Of a stretch of DNA of 64,000 bases, positions 20,139 through 29,361 are shown one piece after another; within the stretch, counting starts at the first letter, position 1; each line of letters starts with the position of its first letter. Made by a program: the position numbers and the translations under genes. The notes below the pieces were generated by a model. The model was not told the origin of the DNA. It did no database searches and worked only from the letters and a program-made list of their open reading frames with translations. Source of the DNA: Sedimentisphaerales bacterium (lineage in GTDB: Bacteria; Planctomycetota; Phycisphaerae; Sedimentisphaerales; SM23-30); assembly GCA_963663805.2 (NCBI GenBank), contig CAXXMR010000008.1:96001-160000 (forward strand), read 5' to 3'.

Positions 20139-21143
20139 ATGACCGAACAAATCAAAATTGCCCACGGTGGCGGCGGAACACTCATGCAGCAGCTCATCAC
20201 CGAAGAATTTCTGCCCCTGCTCCGCCCCGGCTCCGACTTCCACGACCTCGCCGATAGTGCCCGCTTGCCTATCAACGCTTCCCATATCGCTTTTACTTCC
20301 GACAGCTTCGTCGTTCAGCCTCTTTTCTTCCCCGGCGGAGATATTGGCAAGCTCGCTGTCTGTGGTACTGTCAATGATCTCGCCGCCCGCGGTGCTGTCC
20401 CCCAGGCTCTTTCGCTGTCCCTTATTATCGAAGAAGGCTTCCCGCTCGACGACCTCCGCAAAATCATTAAGTCAATCGCCCAGACCGCTCAACAGGCCCA
20501 GGTTACCATCGTTACCGGCGATACTAAAGTCGTCGAACGCGGTGCCGCTTCCGGCATCTTCATCAATACTGCCGGCGTTGGTGCCATGCCCGCTAATCTT
20601 GATTTTAATCTAAGCCGTATCCAGCCCGATGATGTGCTAATCATCAATGGCCCGCTCGGCGACCACGGCACCGCCGTAATGAGCGTTCGCAAAGGCCTAA
20701 ACTTTGCTTCGCAGGTAACCAGCGATGTCGCCCCTCTCAATCATCTAGTCAAAGAACTCATCGACACTTGCGGCGACAAAGTCAAATGTATGACCGACCT
20801 CACCCGCGGCGGCCTAGCCGCTAATTTGAACGAGCTGGCCCGTTCGGTAGGTTTCATTATCGACGAAACCAAAATCCCCGTCCGGCCCGCCGTTCGTGGT
20901 GCCTGCGATATGCTCGGCCTTGATGTCCTTACTGTCGCCAACGAAGGAAAAATGCTTTTTGTCGTCAGCCCCGCTGCCGTCGAACAGGCACTGGCAATCC
21001 TGAAAAACAATCCACTCGGCACCCAATCCGCCCCAATCGGCACCGCCGACAACAAAGCTGGCCGCGTAAGAATCAAAACCCAAATCGGCGGCGAAAGAAT
21101 CGTAGACACTCCCTATGGCGAAGAACTCCCCCGCATCTGCTAA
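20139..21143 (+). CDS. hypE: Carbamoyl dehydratase HypE
   Basis: AHGGGG, FFPGGDIGKLAVCGTVNDLA, GDTKVV and C-terminal LPRIC motifs. Confidence 0.97.
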   Translation: MTEQIKIAHGGGGTLMQQLITEEFLPLLRPGSDFHDLADSARLPINASHIAFTSDSFVVQPLFFPGGDIGKLAVCGTVNDLAARGAVPQALSLSLIIEEGFPLDDLRKIIKSIAQTAQQAQVTIVTGDTKVVERGAASGIFINTAGVGAMPANLDFNLSRIQPDDVLIINGPLGDHGTAVMSVRKGLNFASQVTSDVAPLNHLVKELIDTCGDKVKCMTDLTRGGLAANLNELARSVGFIIDETKIPVRPAVRGACDMLGLDVLTVANEGKMLFVVSPAAVEQALAILKNNPLGTQSAPIGTADNKAGRVRIKTQIGGERIVDTPYGEELPRIC

Positions 21144-21190
21144 AGCTCCAACTTTCGTATCAATGGCTTTGCCCACGGGGATTAAATCTC

Positions 21191-21247
21191 TCGCCGAAGG
21201 CGAAACCTTGCCGTTCACTTTCGCCTTTTGCCTCTTGCCTTCTGCCT
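21191..21247 (+). repeat. Dispersed repeat: GCC-GAA-GGC hairpin, GCCGTT and heptamer array; overlaps the cysE stop codon
   Basis: tcgccgaaggcga-aacctt-gccgtt-cactttc-gcctttt-gcctctt-gccttct. Related copies at 22947, 22992, 28229, 28341 and 41847. Confidence 0.8.
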
Positions 21248-22159
21248 GTCTTTACTTTTCTTATCCAGTACCTGCAATTTCGGGTCTTCCGTTTTAACCA
21301 GTTGGCCCGGCATAACCGATTTGATAATATAAACATTACCGCCGATAGTTACGCCCTTGCCGATAACCGTCTCGCCTCCCAAAATTGTCGCGTTCGGATA
21401 AATCGTTACATTATCTTCAATCGTCGGATGACGTTTCAAACCTTTGATGGCCCGGCCTCGCTCATCCTTTGGAAAACTTTGGGCACCCAGCGTTACGCCC
21501 TGATAAATTTTGACATTGTCACCTATGATGCTTGTCTCTCCGATTACCACACCCGTGCCATGGTCGATAAAGAATCGCTTGCCGATTTTGGCACCCGGAT
21601 GAATATCCGTACCGGTCAGGCTGTGGGCATGTTCACTCATAATCCGCGGAATAAGCGGCACCTTTTGAATCAATAACTGATGAGCCATTCGATAAACACA
21701 TATCGCGTAAAAGCCCGGATAGCTGTAAATAATCTCTTCGATACTGACCGCTGCCGGGTCTCCGTCATAAAAAGCTTGTACGTCCAGCGCCAGCGCTGCC
21801 CGAATATCAGGTATCTTCGCTAGAAAATCCCGGGTTCGCTGCTCTGCCTCATTTTGACGTTTCACCATCTCATCTTTTGACTTGCAGACACACAAACAAC
21901 CCGCCACCTGTTCCGCCAGCAGCTTACCTACCTTACCCGCCAGATTGCCCACATGATAAGGCAGATTCTGTTTGGTCAGCTCCTTATTCCCAAAATACCC
22001 CGGAAACAAAAGCTGCCGTGTCAAATCCACAACCTCAACAATCCGGGCCCGCGAAGGCAGACAAGCCTCGCCAATACGGTCAATCTTCTTTTCCCTGGCA
22101 TAGCTCGCCAGTATCTTGTCCGTCAGCTTATTAAGATTCTTATTCAATGGCTTATCCAA
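21215..22159 (-). CDS. cysE: Serine O-acetyltransferase
   Basis: GDPAA...[30 protein letters not shown] and [13 protein letters not shown] hexapeptide repeats. Confidence 0.93.
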   Translation of the reverse strand: MDKPLNKNLNKLTDKILASYAREKKIDRIGEACLPSRARIVEVVDLTRQLLFPGYFGNKELTKQNLPYHVGNLAGKVGKLLAEQVAGCLCVCKSKDEMVKRQNEAEQRTRDFLAKIPDIRAALALDVQAFYDGDPAAVSIEEIIYSYPGFYAICVYRMAHQLLIQKVPLIPRIMSEHAHSLTGTDIHPGAKIGKRFFIDHGTGVVIGETSIIGDNVKIYQGVTLGAQSFPKDERGRAIKGLKRHPTIEDNVTIYPNATILGGETVIGKGVTIGGNVYIIKSVMPGQLVKTEDPKLQVLDKKSKDRQKARGKRRK

Positions 22160-22207
22160 CGGCCAATCCTTTCAAAAACATTCCCACCTCTTACAGTGAG
22201 ACTCAAT

Positions 22208-22284
22208 TTGCCAACAATGTAAGCGCCCAACGGAAACGCCGCAACTCATTAATGCTCGCGGCCATCTATCAGTGCGATACGCAC
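22208..22284 (+). repeat. 77-bp dispersed cassette ending in a GTGCG-ATA-CGCAC hairpin; overlaps the metW stop
   Basis: Ungapped hand alignment to the reverse complement of 28257-28333 gives 58/77 identities, with mismatches concentrated in a central 10-nt block. Confidence 0.85.
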
Positions 22285-22901
22285 ATTATATACATTCCAA
22301 CCTCCGCCCGCAAGTTCATCATAAACTTAACACGTTTACCGCCTATCAGCCCGCATTTCTCCAGGCACTGCCAGCCCTCGGCCCGGCAGAAGTCCTCCCA
22401 GTCCAGCATACTGAAGAAATGCCGGTTAGGCGACTCATACCACGTATAAGGCAGATTCCGCGTCCGCGGTGCCCGCCCCGACCAGCCCAGCTGCCACCGA
22501 TGCCGCCAGTACCCAAAATTCGGAAAAACCACCATAACCTTTTTGCCCACCCGAAACGATTCATTAATAACCTGTTTCAGATTATCAATCTCCTGCAAAG
22601 TCAGCGCCAGTATCACCAGGTCTTCCGTCCCGTCCCCATAATGCTCCAACCCTTCCTGAGCGTCCCCATGATGCACACTAAGCCCCCGCCGCACCGCCTG
22701 CATAAAATACGTTTCGGAAATTTCAATACCCGACCCCCGTATATTCTTGTTCTGCACCAGCAGCGACAACAGCTCCCCGTCACCACACCCAATATCCAGA
22801 ACCCGCGATCCTTCCGGCGTATGCTCAACTATCCAACGATATATCTCTTTACGATTAACAATCTGCTGTGGCATATCAATATTCTTCAAAAAAGGTAACA
22901 T
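22269..22901 (-). CDS. metW: Methionine biosynthesis protein MetW (SAM-dependent methyltransferase fold)
   Basis: VLDIGCGDG, VFPNFGYWR and LPYTWYESPN motifs; directly downstream of metX. Confidence 0.92.
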   Translation of the reverse strand: MLPFLKNIDMPQQIVNRKEIYRWIVEHTPEGSRVLDIGCGDGELLSLLVQNKNIRGSGIEISETYFMQAVRRGLSVHHGDAQEGLEHYGDGTEDLVILALTLQEIDNLKQVINESFRVGKKVMVVFPNFGYWRHRWQLGWSGRAPRTRNLPYTWYESPNRHFFSMLDWEDFCRAEGWQCLEKCGLIGGKRVKFMMNLRAEVGMYIMCVSH

Positions 22902-22946
22902 CCATAAAACATCGGGTAACGGCTGCGCCCGTGCTGATAAAATATC

Positions 22947-23044
22947 TTCGCCGAAGGCGAAACCGTGCCGTTGCCGTTAAATAAAATAGTTCCGACCGAA
23001 GGACGGCACCTGGCCGTTCCCCTCATGCCTCATGCCTCATGCCT
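22947..23044 (+). repeat. Two tandem GAA-hairpin/GCCGTT modules plus (GCCTCAT)n array; overlaps the metX stop
   Basis: ttcgccgaaggcgaa-accgtgccgttgccgtt and ccgaccgaaggacgg-cacctggccgtt-cccctcatgcctcatgcctcatgcc. Confidence 0.8.
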
Positions 23045-24186
23045 TGTGCATCTGCCTGACTGGCCCGCTCCAGAAAATACCTCACCAGCGGTGCCTGCTT
23101 CTCATGGTCCAGCAAAAACGCGTCATGTCCAAAATCCGAACTAATCTCATAATAAGTTGCTTCCCCGCCCGCCATCCGCACCGCCTTAGCTACATCCTTC
23201 AACTGCTGAGGCGGATAAAGCCAGTCACTTGAAAACGCTATCAACAAAAATATCGCTTTACTTTTCTGGAACGCCTCTGTCAGCGAACCATACTTCTCGC
23301 TCAAATCAAAATAATCCAACGCCTTAGTTAGATACAGTAGCGTATTCGCGTCAAACCGCTCCACAAAAGCCTTTCCCTGATGCTGCAAATAGGTCTCAAC
23401 CTCAAACTCTTTCGCGAAATCATAGCCAAACTTCTCCCGATTCCGCAGCCGCCGCCCAAACTTCTGCTCCATCCCCTTCTCCGAAAGATACGTAATATGC
23501 CCCGTCATCCGCGCTACCGCCAACCCCAGCCGCGGACCCTGCCCCCCATAATAATGACCACCCTGCCATGCTGGGTCAGCCATTATCGACTGCCGCGATA
23601 ATTCATTAAACGCGATTTGCTGAGGCGAATGACGATATGTCGTCGCCATCGCTATTACTGACCGCACCCGCTCCGGATAAAGTGCCGCCCATTCCAAAAC
23701 CAGCATTCCCCCCATCGAACCGCCCGCTACTGACAGTAGAGTTTCCACTCCCAGATAATCCAGCAGCCCAGCCTGAACATTCACCATATCCCGCACCGTG
23801 ATTACCGGAAAATCCGTCCCCCATTCTTTTTCAGTACTCGGATTAACCGAACTTGGCCCCGTCGTCCCATAGCACCCACCCAGTACATTCGAGCAAATCA
23901 CAAAATACTTATCCGTATCGAAAGCCTTGCCCGGCCCAATCATCACATCCCACCACCCCGGCTTCTCGTCTCCTTCGTACCAGCCCGCCGCGTGGGCCCC
24001 GCCCGAAAGAGCGTGACAAACCAGAATCGCGTTATCCTTCTTCACGCTCAACTGCCCATAAGTCTCATAAGCAACCCTGACCGTACCCAAATCCACCCCG
24101 CTCTCCAACCGCAAACCACCCCCCAGCTCCGCATAGCAAAGCTCAACAACCCCAACCCCCGAATATCGCTCATCCTGTTCATTCAT
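23023..24186 (-). CDS. metX: Homoserine O-acetyltransferase
   Basis: CHALSG, GGSMGGM nucleophile elbow, SSDWLYPP and GHDAFL motifs. Confidence 0.95.
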   Translation of the reverse strand: MNEQDERYSGVGVVELCYAELGGGLRLESGVDLGTVRVAYETYGQLSVKKDNAILVCHALSGGAHAAGWYEGDEKPGWWDVMIGPGKAFDTDKYFVICSNVLGGCYGTTGPSSVNPSTEKEWGTDFPVITVRDMVNVQAGLLDYLGVETLLSVAGGSMGGMLVLEWAALYPERVRSVIAMATTYRHSPQQIAFNELSRQSIMADPAWQGGHYYGGQGPRLGLAVARMTGHITYLSEKGMEQKFGRRLRNREKFGYDFAKEFEVETYLQHQGKAFVERFDANTLLYLTKALDYFDLSEKYGSLTEAFQKSKAIFLLIAFSSDWLYPPQQLKDVAKAVRMAGGEATYYEISSDFGHDAFLLDHEKQAPLVRYFLERASQADAQGMRHEA

Positions 24187-24220
24187 AGATAGACTGTCCC
24201 GCCTAAAATCTTTAGCTGTT

Positions 24221-24262
24221 GCCGTTTAAAATCCGCGTCAATCCGCGTAATTCGCGGTTAAA
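24221..24262 (+). repeat. Dispersed GCCGTT/ATCCGyG tandem repeat copy
   Basis: gccgtttaaaatccgcgtcaatccgcgtaattcgcggttaaa matches the copy at 20061-20101. Confidence 0.85.
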
Positions 24263-24275
24263 TCTTTTTGTCTTT

Positions 24276-25583
24276 TTAACGTTGCGATAAACCTATCGCC
24301 TCATCCAAATCACCAATGATGTCGTCAATATCCTCAATCCCAATTGACAGCCGAATGAAATCTTCACTAACCCCCGCCGCCAACTGTTCATCTTTCGATA
24401 ACTGCTGATGCGTAGTCGATGCCGGATGAATAATCAAACTTTTAGCGTCCCCGATATTAGCTAAATGACTGAACAGCTTTACTGCCTCAATCAGCTTTAT
24501 GCCTGCTGTAAGACCGCCTTTGATGCCAAATCCTATAATCGCCCCCGCCCCGTCCGGCAAATACTTCTGAACCCGCGCGTAATCCGCATGACTTTCCAGC
24601 CCCGGATAATTCACCCACGCTACCGCCGGATTACCCGCCAGATACTTCGCCACTGCCAAAGCGTTATCGCAGTGCCGCTCCATCCGCAAATGCAGCGTCT
24701 CAATCCCCTGCAAAAGCAAAAACGAGTTGAACGGAGAAATGCAAGCCCCCATATCCCGCAGCAATTGCAGCCGAGCCTTGAATATATACGCCGCCCCCCG
24801 CACCAATGCCGCATCGTGCAGCCCGAACGCATCCCAGAATACCAGCCCGTGATAAGATTCGTCAGGCCGACATATCTCCGGAAAATCACCCTGAGACCAG
24901 TCAAAACGTCCCGAATCCACTATCGCCCCGCCTATGCTCGTACCGTGTCCGCCCATGAATTTCGTCAGCGAATAACAAACCACATCCGCCCCATAGTCCA
25001 TCGGATTAAATATGTAAGGCGAAACCGTATTGTCCACAAAAAACGGAATATTGTGACCATGAGCCGCCGCCGCCACCGCCTCAAAATCCGCCACCGCGTT
25101 TTTCGGATTCCCTATAGACTCCACATAAACCAGCCGGGTTTTCTCGTCGATAGCCTTTTCAAAATTCCCCGCTTCCGACTGGTCCACAAACCGCGCCTCA
25201 ATCCCGAACTTAGCCAGCGTATGACGGAACATATTGTATGTCCCCCCATAAAGCGCATTGCCAGCCACAATATTCTGACCTGCCTGCGTGATATTCAGAA
25301 CCGCAGCCGCAATCGCCGCCGAACCCGAAGCGAACGCCAAAGCGCCCACGCCCCCATGCAGCGCCGCCAGCCGCTTCTCCAGAACATCGGTCGTCGGGTT
25401 CATCAGCCGAGTATAAATATTGCCGAATTCCTTCAGCCCAAACAGATTGGCCGCATGTGCCGCCGAGTCAAATGTATAAGAGCTAGTCTGATATATCGGC
25501 ACTGCCCGCGAATGAGTATCCGAGTCAACCTCATGCCCCGCATGCAATGCCTTAGTACTATTTTTCCAGTTACGTTCTGCCAT
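24276..25583 (-). CDS. metY: O-acetylhomoserine sulfhydrylase (aminocarboxypropyltransferase)
   Basis: [22 protein letters not shown] lysine [10 protein letters not shown] and [10 protein letters not shown] motifs. Confidence 0.95.
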   Translation of the reverse strand: MAERNWKNSTKALHAGHEVDSDTHSRAVPIYQTSSYTFDSAAHAANLFGLKEFGNIYTRLMNPTTDVLEKRLAALHGGVGALAFASGSAAIAAAVLNITQAGQNIVAGNALYGGTYNMFRHTLAKFGIEARFVDQSEAGNFEKAIDEKTRLVYVESIGNPKNAVADFEAVAAAAHGHNIPFFVDNTVSPYIFNPMDYGADVVCYSLTKFMGGHGTSIGGAIVDSGRFDWSQGDFPEICRPDESYHGLVFWDAFGLHDAALVRGAAYIFKARLQLLRDMGACISPFNSFLLLQGIETLHLRMERHCDNALAVAKYLAGNPAVAWVNYPGLESHADYARVQKYLPDGAGAIIGFGIKGGLTAGIKLIEAVKLFSHLANIGDAKSLIIHPASTTHQQLSKDEQLAAGVSEDFIRLSIGIEDIDDIIGDLDEAIGLSQR

Positions 25584-25837
25584 TATAATAACTCCTGTTT
25601 TCGTGTATCCAAGCTAAGCGTTTCCCACCCCAATCTCAAGCCTATTCCAGCCTTAAAAACTTTATAAGACCGCAGTTGTGGTTTGCAGAGTATAGTACTA
25701 TAATGCATACTATCCCACTAGGAAATCTTTTCCCGCAAGCCGACAAGTCATTACTTTTACTCTTTATAAGTCGGTATTTAGCCTTTGCTACTCTAGTGCT
25801 AAGTCACTCCGCCCTGCCAGCTGTTCCTCGCAATTAT

Positions 25838-25865
25838 TTGACATCCTTCCAACCCCCGCTAAAAT
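25838..25865 (+). promoter_or_regulatory. Putative sigma70 promoter for the acyltransferase
   Basis: TTGACA-16 bp-TAAAAT upstream of the ATG at 25881. Confidence 0.55.
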
Positions 25866-25880
25866 AACCAGTTAGCTAAA

Positions 25881-26834
25881 ATGACCAAAAAGCCCAAAAA
25901 AAAGAAGAAGGCCCACTCACCCACCCGCGACCTGCTGGTATATATAGTTATGCGCCTGGTAGGCCTAACCATCCAGGCGGTGCCTACCAGGATTTCGCTT
26001 AGTTTCGCCCGTTTTTTAGGCCACGGCATGTACCTTATCTACGAAAGAGGCCGTACCCGCGCCCACGACAATCTCCGCCAAGCATTCCCCGATAAACCCC
26101 AGGAATGGATAGAACACACTGCCCGCCGCAGCTTCGAGCATCTCGTCATGCTCGTTTTCGACGTTTTCAACACTACCAGGCTCATTCGTCGTACCACCTG
26201 GCACCGCTATATCCACTTCGAGAACATCGGCCCCGCCCTCGAACACATCCTCGATGGCCGCGGCGTTATCATGGTAACAGGCCATTACGGCAACTTTGAA
26301 GTTCTTGGCTATGCCCTGGCGACCTTCGGCCTGAGTACCTACAGCGTAGGCCGGCCCATAGATAACCCCTATGTGAACAAGTACTTATACGGAGTACGCC
26401 AGAAGCAGGGCCAAACCATCATCGACAAAAAAGGTGCCGCCCAGGACATGCAGAGAATATTAGCCTCCGGTGCCGCCCTCGGCCTGGTCGCCGACCAGAA
26501 CGGCAGCAAGAAGGACATCTTCGTCGATTTCTTCGGCAAAAAAGCCGCCACTTACAAAAGCATTGGCCTACTAGCCATGAACTATAATGTCCCCATAGTA
26601 GTAGGCTCCGCCCGCCGCCTCGACGACGACTACAAATTCTGCATCTCCATCAGCCGCGTAATAACCCCCGAACAATGGCAGGACCAGCCCGACCCCCTCC
26701 ACTGGATAACTCAGGAATACACCACCGCCATAGAAGATTTCATCGGAATCGACCCCGAACAATACTGGTGGATACACCGCCGCTGGAAAACCAGACCGCC
26801 CGAAGAACGTAAAAAAAACAAAAACCCCGCCTGA
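25881..26834 (+). CDS. Lipid A / lysophospholipid acyltransferase (LpxL/HtrB family)
   Basis: TGHYGNFE, ADQ...FVDFFG and PEQYWWIHRRWKTRP motifs. Confidence 0.9.
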   Translation: MTKKPKKKKKAHSPTRDLLVYIVMRLVGLTIQAVPTRISLSFARFLGHGMYLIYERGRTRAHDNLRQAFPDKPQEWIEHTARRSFEHLVMLVFDVFNTTRLIRRTTWHRYIHFENIGPALEHILDGRGVIMVTGHYGNFEVLGYALATFGLSTYSVGRPIDNPYVNKYLYGVRQKQGQTIIDKKGAAQDMQRILASGAALGLVADQNGSKKDIFVDFFGKKAATYKSIGLLAMNYNVPIVVGSARRLDDDYKFCISISRVITPEQWQDQPDPLHWITQEYTTAIEDFIGIDPEQYWWIHRRWKTRPPEERKKNKNPA

Positions 26835-26863
26835 CCTCCCACAAATTATTTGTTATATTTCCC

Positions 26864-27865
26864 TTAGACGGCGATTTCAGCTTTTAATTGCCGTGTCATA
26901 AGCTCTGTGATTGCTTGAACAACCGGCTTGCCCTCAAACAGGATTTCGTGCACCGATTGAGCGATAGGCATCTCCACACCATATTTATTTGCGAGCTTAA
27001 TCACGCTTCGACAAGTGTTTATGCCTTCTACCTGCCCTGGAATTTCATCTGTTGCTTCTTCGGTTGTCTTGCCTGCTCCTATCATTTGCCCGAACGTTCG
27101 ATTTCGACCTGCCGGGCTATAGCAGGTTGTGATAAGGTCGCCCATACCGCTAAGTCCTGCAAATGTCTCAGGTTGCGCACCCATTGCTACCCCCAGTCGC
27201 GAAATTTCCACCAGTCCCCGTGTCAGCAGGGCTGCCTTGGCATTATTGCCGACTTCAAGCCCGTCGATTATCCCCGCTGCGATTGCAATCACATTTTTAG
27301 TGGCCCCAGCCAGTTCAACCCCCACTACATCGGTATTGGTATAAACCCGTAACCAGTTGGTACTAAAGGTATTCTGTACCTTCTGGCCGAGCGATGCGTC
27401 CGCACTGGCAATGGTAGATGTCGCCGGCAGGGCCTGGGCTAGTTCGTCGGCGATGTTTGGTCCGCTGAAAACCCCCAGGCTTCGGGGGCCGGTCACTTGT
27501 TCCAGGATTTGGGTCGGGCGCAGTAAAGTATTGTTCTCAATGCCTTTAGTGACCGATACGATCGGCATACTGCCGGGCAGATAAACATTGAGTCGTTCCC
27601 ACACCGGTCGCAAAAATACGCAAGGTACCGCTGATATTACCAATCCAATATCTTCGAAAGCCTTTGTGTCTTCAGAAGTTACGTCAACAGAAAGCGGCAG
27701 CCGCCAGCCCGGTAGAAACCGTTTATTCTCACGATTTTCCCGAATATTCCGGGCCTGCTCAGAATCATAGCTCCACAGAGAAACGCCATAACCCTTGTTA
27801 GCCAAGATAATTGCGCACACAGACCCCATTGCCCCATCCCCTATGACCGCAATACGTTCCGGCAT
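26864..27865 (-). CDS. gpsA: NAD(P)H-dependent glycerol-3-phosphate dehydrogenase
   Basis: GDGAMG Rossmann fold, TKGIE, SGPNIA, KNVIAIAAG and GDLITTC..RN motifs. Confidence 0.95.
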   Translation of the reverse strand: MPERIAVIGDGAMGSVCAIILANKGYGVSLWSYDSEQARNIRENRENKRFLPGWRLPLSVDVTSEDTKAFEDIGLVISAVPCVFLRPVWERLNVYLPGSMPIVSVTKGIENNTLLRPTQILEQVTGPRSLGVFSGPNIADELAQALPATSTIASADASLGQKVQNTFSTNWLRVYTNTDVVGVELAGATKNVIAIAAGIIDGLEVGNNAKAALLTRGLVEISRLGVAMGAQPETFAGLSGMGDLITTCYSPAGRNRTFGQMIGAGKTTEEATDEIPGQVEGINTCRSVIKLANKYGVEMPIAQSVHEILFEGKPVVQAITELMTRQLKAEIAV

Positions 27866-28180
27866 AACAGCCTCCGCGCCCCTGTACTATGTCCCAAGTG
27901 CCAACTCTAAACTGTAGAAGCAGTTACAGTCTTATATCCTAAAAAGCAGCTCCGATGCCAGATAAAAATATCGACACTATTTTTGTGTTCGATAGTTGTT
28001 TTGTACTGAAAAAGGTGTTTTTAGTTCTGTTTTTGGTGATTTTTGGCGTAAAAAAACGTGTTTTTTTCGATTTTTCACGTTTTTTTCGATTTTTGGCGGC
28101 AGTAAACTATACTATATCACCTTTTTTCGATAATTTTTCTCAAAAAAGTATCGTATCGTATAGTTTTTGCTGAATGGAAG

Positions 28181-28366
28181 AAGGCATGAGGGGAGAAGGC
28201 AAGAGGCATGAGGCATGAGGCAAGAGTGAACGGCGTGGTGCCTGCCTTCGGCAGTGGTGCGTATCGCACTGATAGATCGCCGCGGTCGTTTGACGTATTT
28301 GACGCTTCCGTTGGTCGCTTCCGTGGTTGGCAAGTATGCTAACGGCGTGGTGCCTGCCTTCGGCAG
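28181..28366 (-). repeat. Composite repeat: heptamer array, then two identical 26-bp GAA-hairpin/GCCGTT modules flanking the 77-bp cassette
   Basis: AACGGCGTGGTGCCTGCCTTCGGCAG occurs at 28229-28254 and 28341-28366, with (GAGGCAT/GAGGCAA)n at 28181-28226. Confidence 0.85.
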
Positions 28367-28410
28367 GGGTTGTTTTATTTTGTTGTTGGTTTGGGGTTTT
28401 CTCACAATTA

Positions 28411-28439
28411 TTGACTATTTTACCATCTCGCATTATTAT
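28411..28439 (+). promoter_or_regulatory. Putative sigma70 promoter
   Basis: TTGACT-17 bp-TATTAT upstream of the ATG at 28483. Confidence 0.5.
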
Positions 28440-28482
28440 CTACCCTTATGATACCCATATTTGCCAGTAAGGTTTTGGCGGC

Positions 28483-29361
28483 ATGAACTCACACCAGCCT
28501 CATCACGTGCGTCTGGCTTCATTGCCCGGTCGACTCCAGATAGTTGAGCAAATCATGTCTGAAGCGATCCGGGCGCCGCAAATTCGACCCTACTGCCCCC
28601 GTGCGCAATGGACTTTTTTTTGCGGGGTTACCCCCGAACAAAGAGTAGGTTATGCTGGCCAACTTGAAGCGGCGGGTAGATGTCTGGAATGGTTCACCTT
28701 TGACTACAAAATCCCGCTTTTCAACCTGACGCCCGCCCAGTTATGGCTCAAAGCGAATAAGAGCAAACTTTCCACGGAGAAATATCATCAGGCCTGCGAG
28801 TGTCTGGATTTTATTTCCGGTATTTTTGTCATCCAAAGTGTTACGCCCTGCGAGCTGGACGCGGCGGATTTGCTTCGTGCTTCTCAGCATTATCACATCA
28901 CTGAAAATATTATGACGCCCGAAATGCACGACGGGCAGTTGCTTATCGGTCGACTTTTTCCGCATGATGAGCATTACGTTATTTCCGGGATGGCTTCTCT
29001 GTTGAGCGACCAGGCGGCGGGCAGGCTCAGGGCCCTTATCGCTGACGATGAGCTTGAGCCGGAAATTGTGGTTGATGAACTTGACGGTATTACTCTGGAG
29101 AACCTTTGCGGTCGGAATCTTCTGGAAATTGACCATTTGGAAGATCTCGACCTGCTTCTGAGCCGTTTACGATATTATGTCGAGGAAATTTGTCCGGGGG
29201 GAATAACTTATGCCCGCCTGATGGACTTATTGAATAATAGTGATGAGCCGTTTACGATAGCTGAGCAGCTTTGCATACGTCTTGACATCGAATGTCAATT
29301 TGAAATGGAAGTGGTTTTGGCTTATGTAGTCTCAGCCTGGACGGTTATGCATCAGACATAG
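28483..29361 (+). CDS. Hypothetical protein (resembles the domain found in SEC-C-motif-associated proteins)
   Basis: 292-aa ORF with an EWFTFDY...TP...DLL...GRLFP...ISG pattern and an upstream promoter. Confidence 0.65.
   Translation: MNSHQPHHVRLASLPGRLQIVEQIMSEAIRAPQIRPYCPRAQWTFFCGVTPEQRVGYAGQLEAAGRCLEWFTFDYKIPLFNLTPAQLWLKANKSKLSTEKYHQACECLDFISGIFVIQSVTPCELDAADLLRASQHYHITENIMTPEMHDGQLLIGRLFPHDEHYVISGMASLLSDQAAGRLRALIADDELEPEIVVDELDGITLENLCGRNLLEIDHLEDLDLLLSRLRYYVEEICPGGITYARLMDLLNNSDEPFTIAEQLCIRLDIECQFEMEVVLAYVVSAWTVMHQT

Noticed and set aside
22915..22980. Integron attC-like site (AACGGC...GCCGTT)
   Set aside because: No RYYYAAC/GTTRRRY match with L boxes, no integrase, and the flanking genes are housekeeping met genes.
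24465..25667. 400-aa + strand ORF
   Set aside because: Antisense shadow of metY, favoured by skewed codon usage.
25584..25830. SAM riboswitch or T-box upstream of metY
   Set aside because: No recognisable SAM-I/II or T-box core. Only a short palindrome TATAGTACTATA (25701-25712) of unknown meaning is present.
28229..28366. Possible mini CRISPR array (two identical 26-bp hairpin repeats)
   Set aside because: Only two repeats, the 86-bp spacer is itself a dispersed repeat, degenerate copies are scattered, and there are no cas genes.
28112..28451. Short ORFs in the repeat-rich intergenic region
   Set aside because: Translations are products of the tandem and dispersed repeats; AAIYQCDTH also appears in the spurious ORF at 22147.
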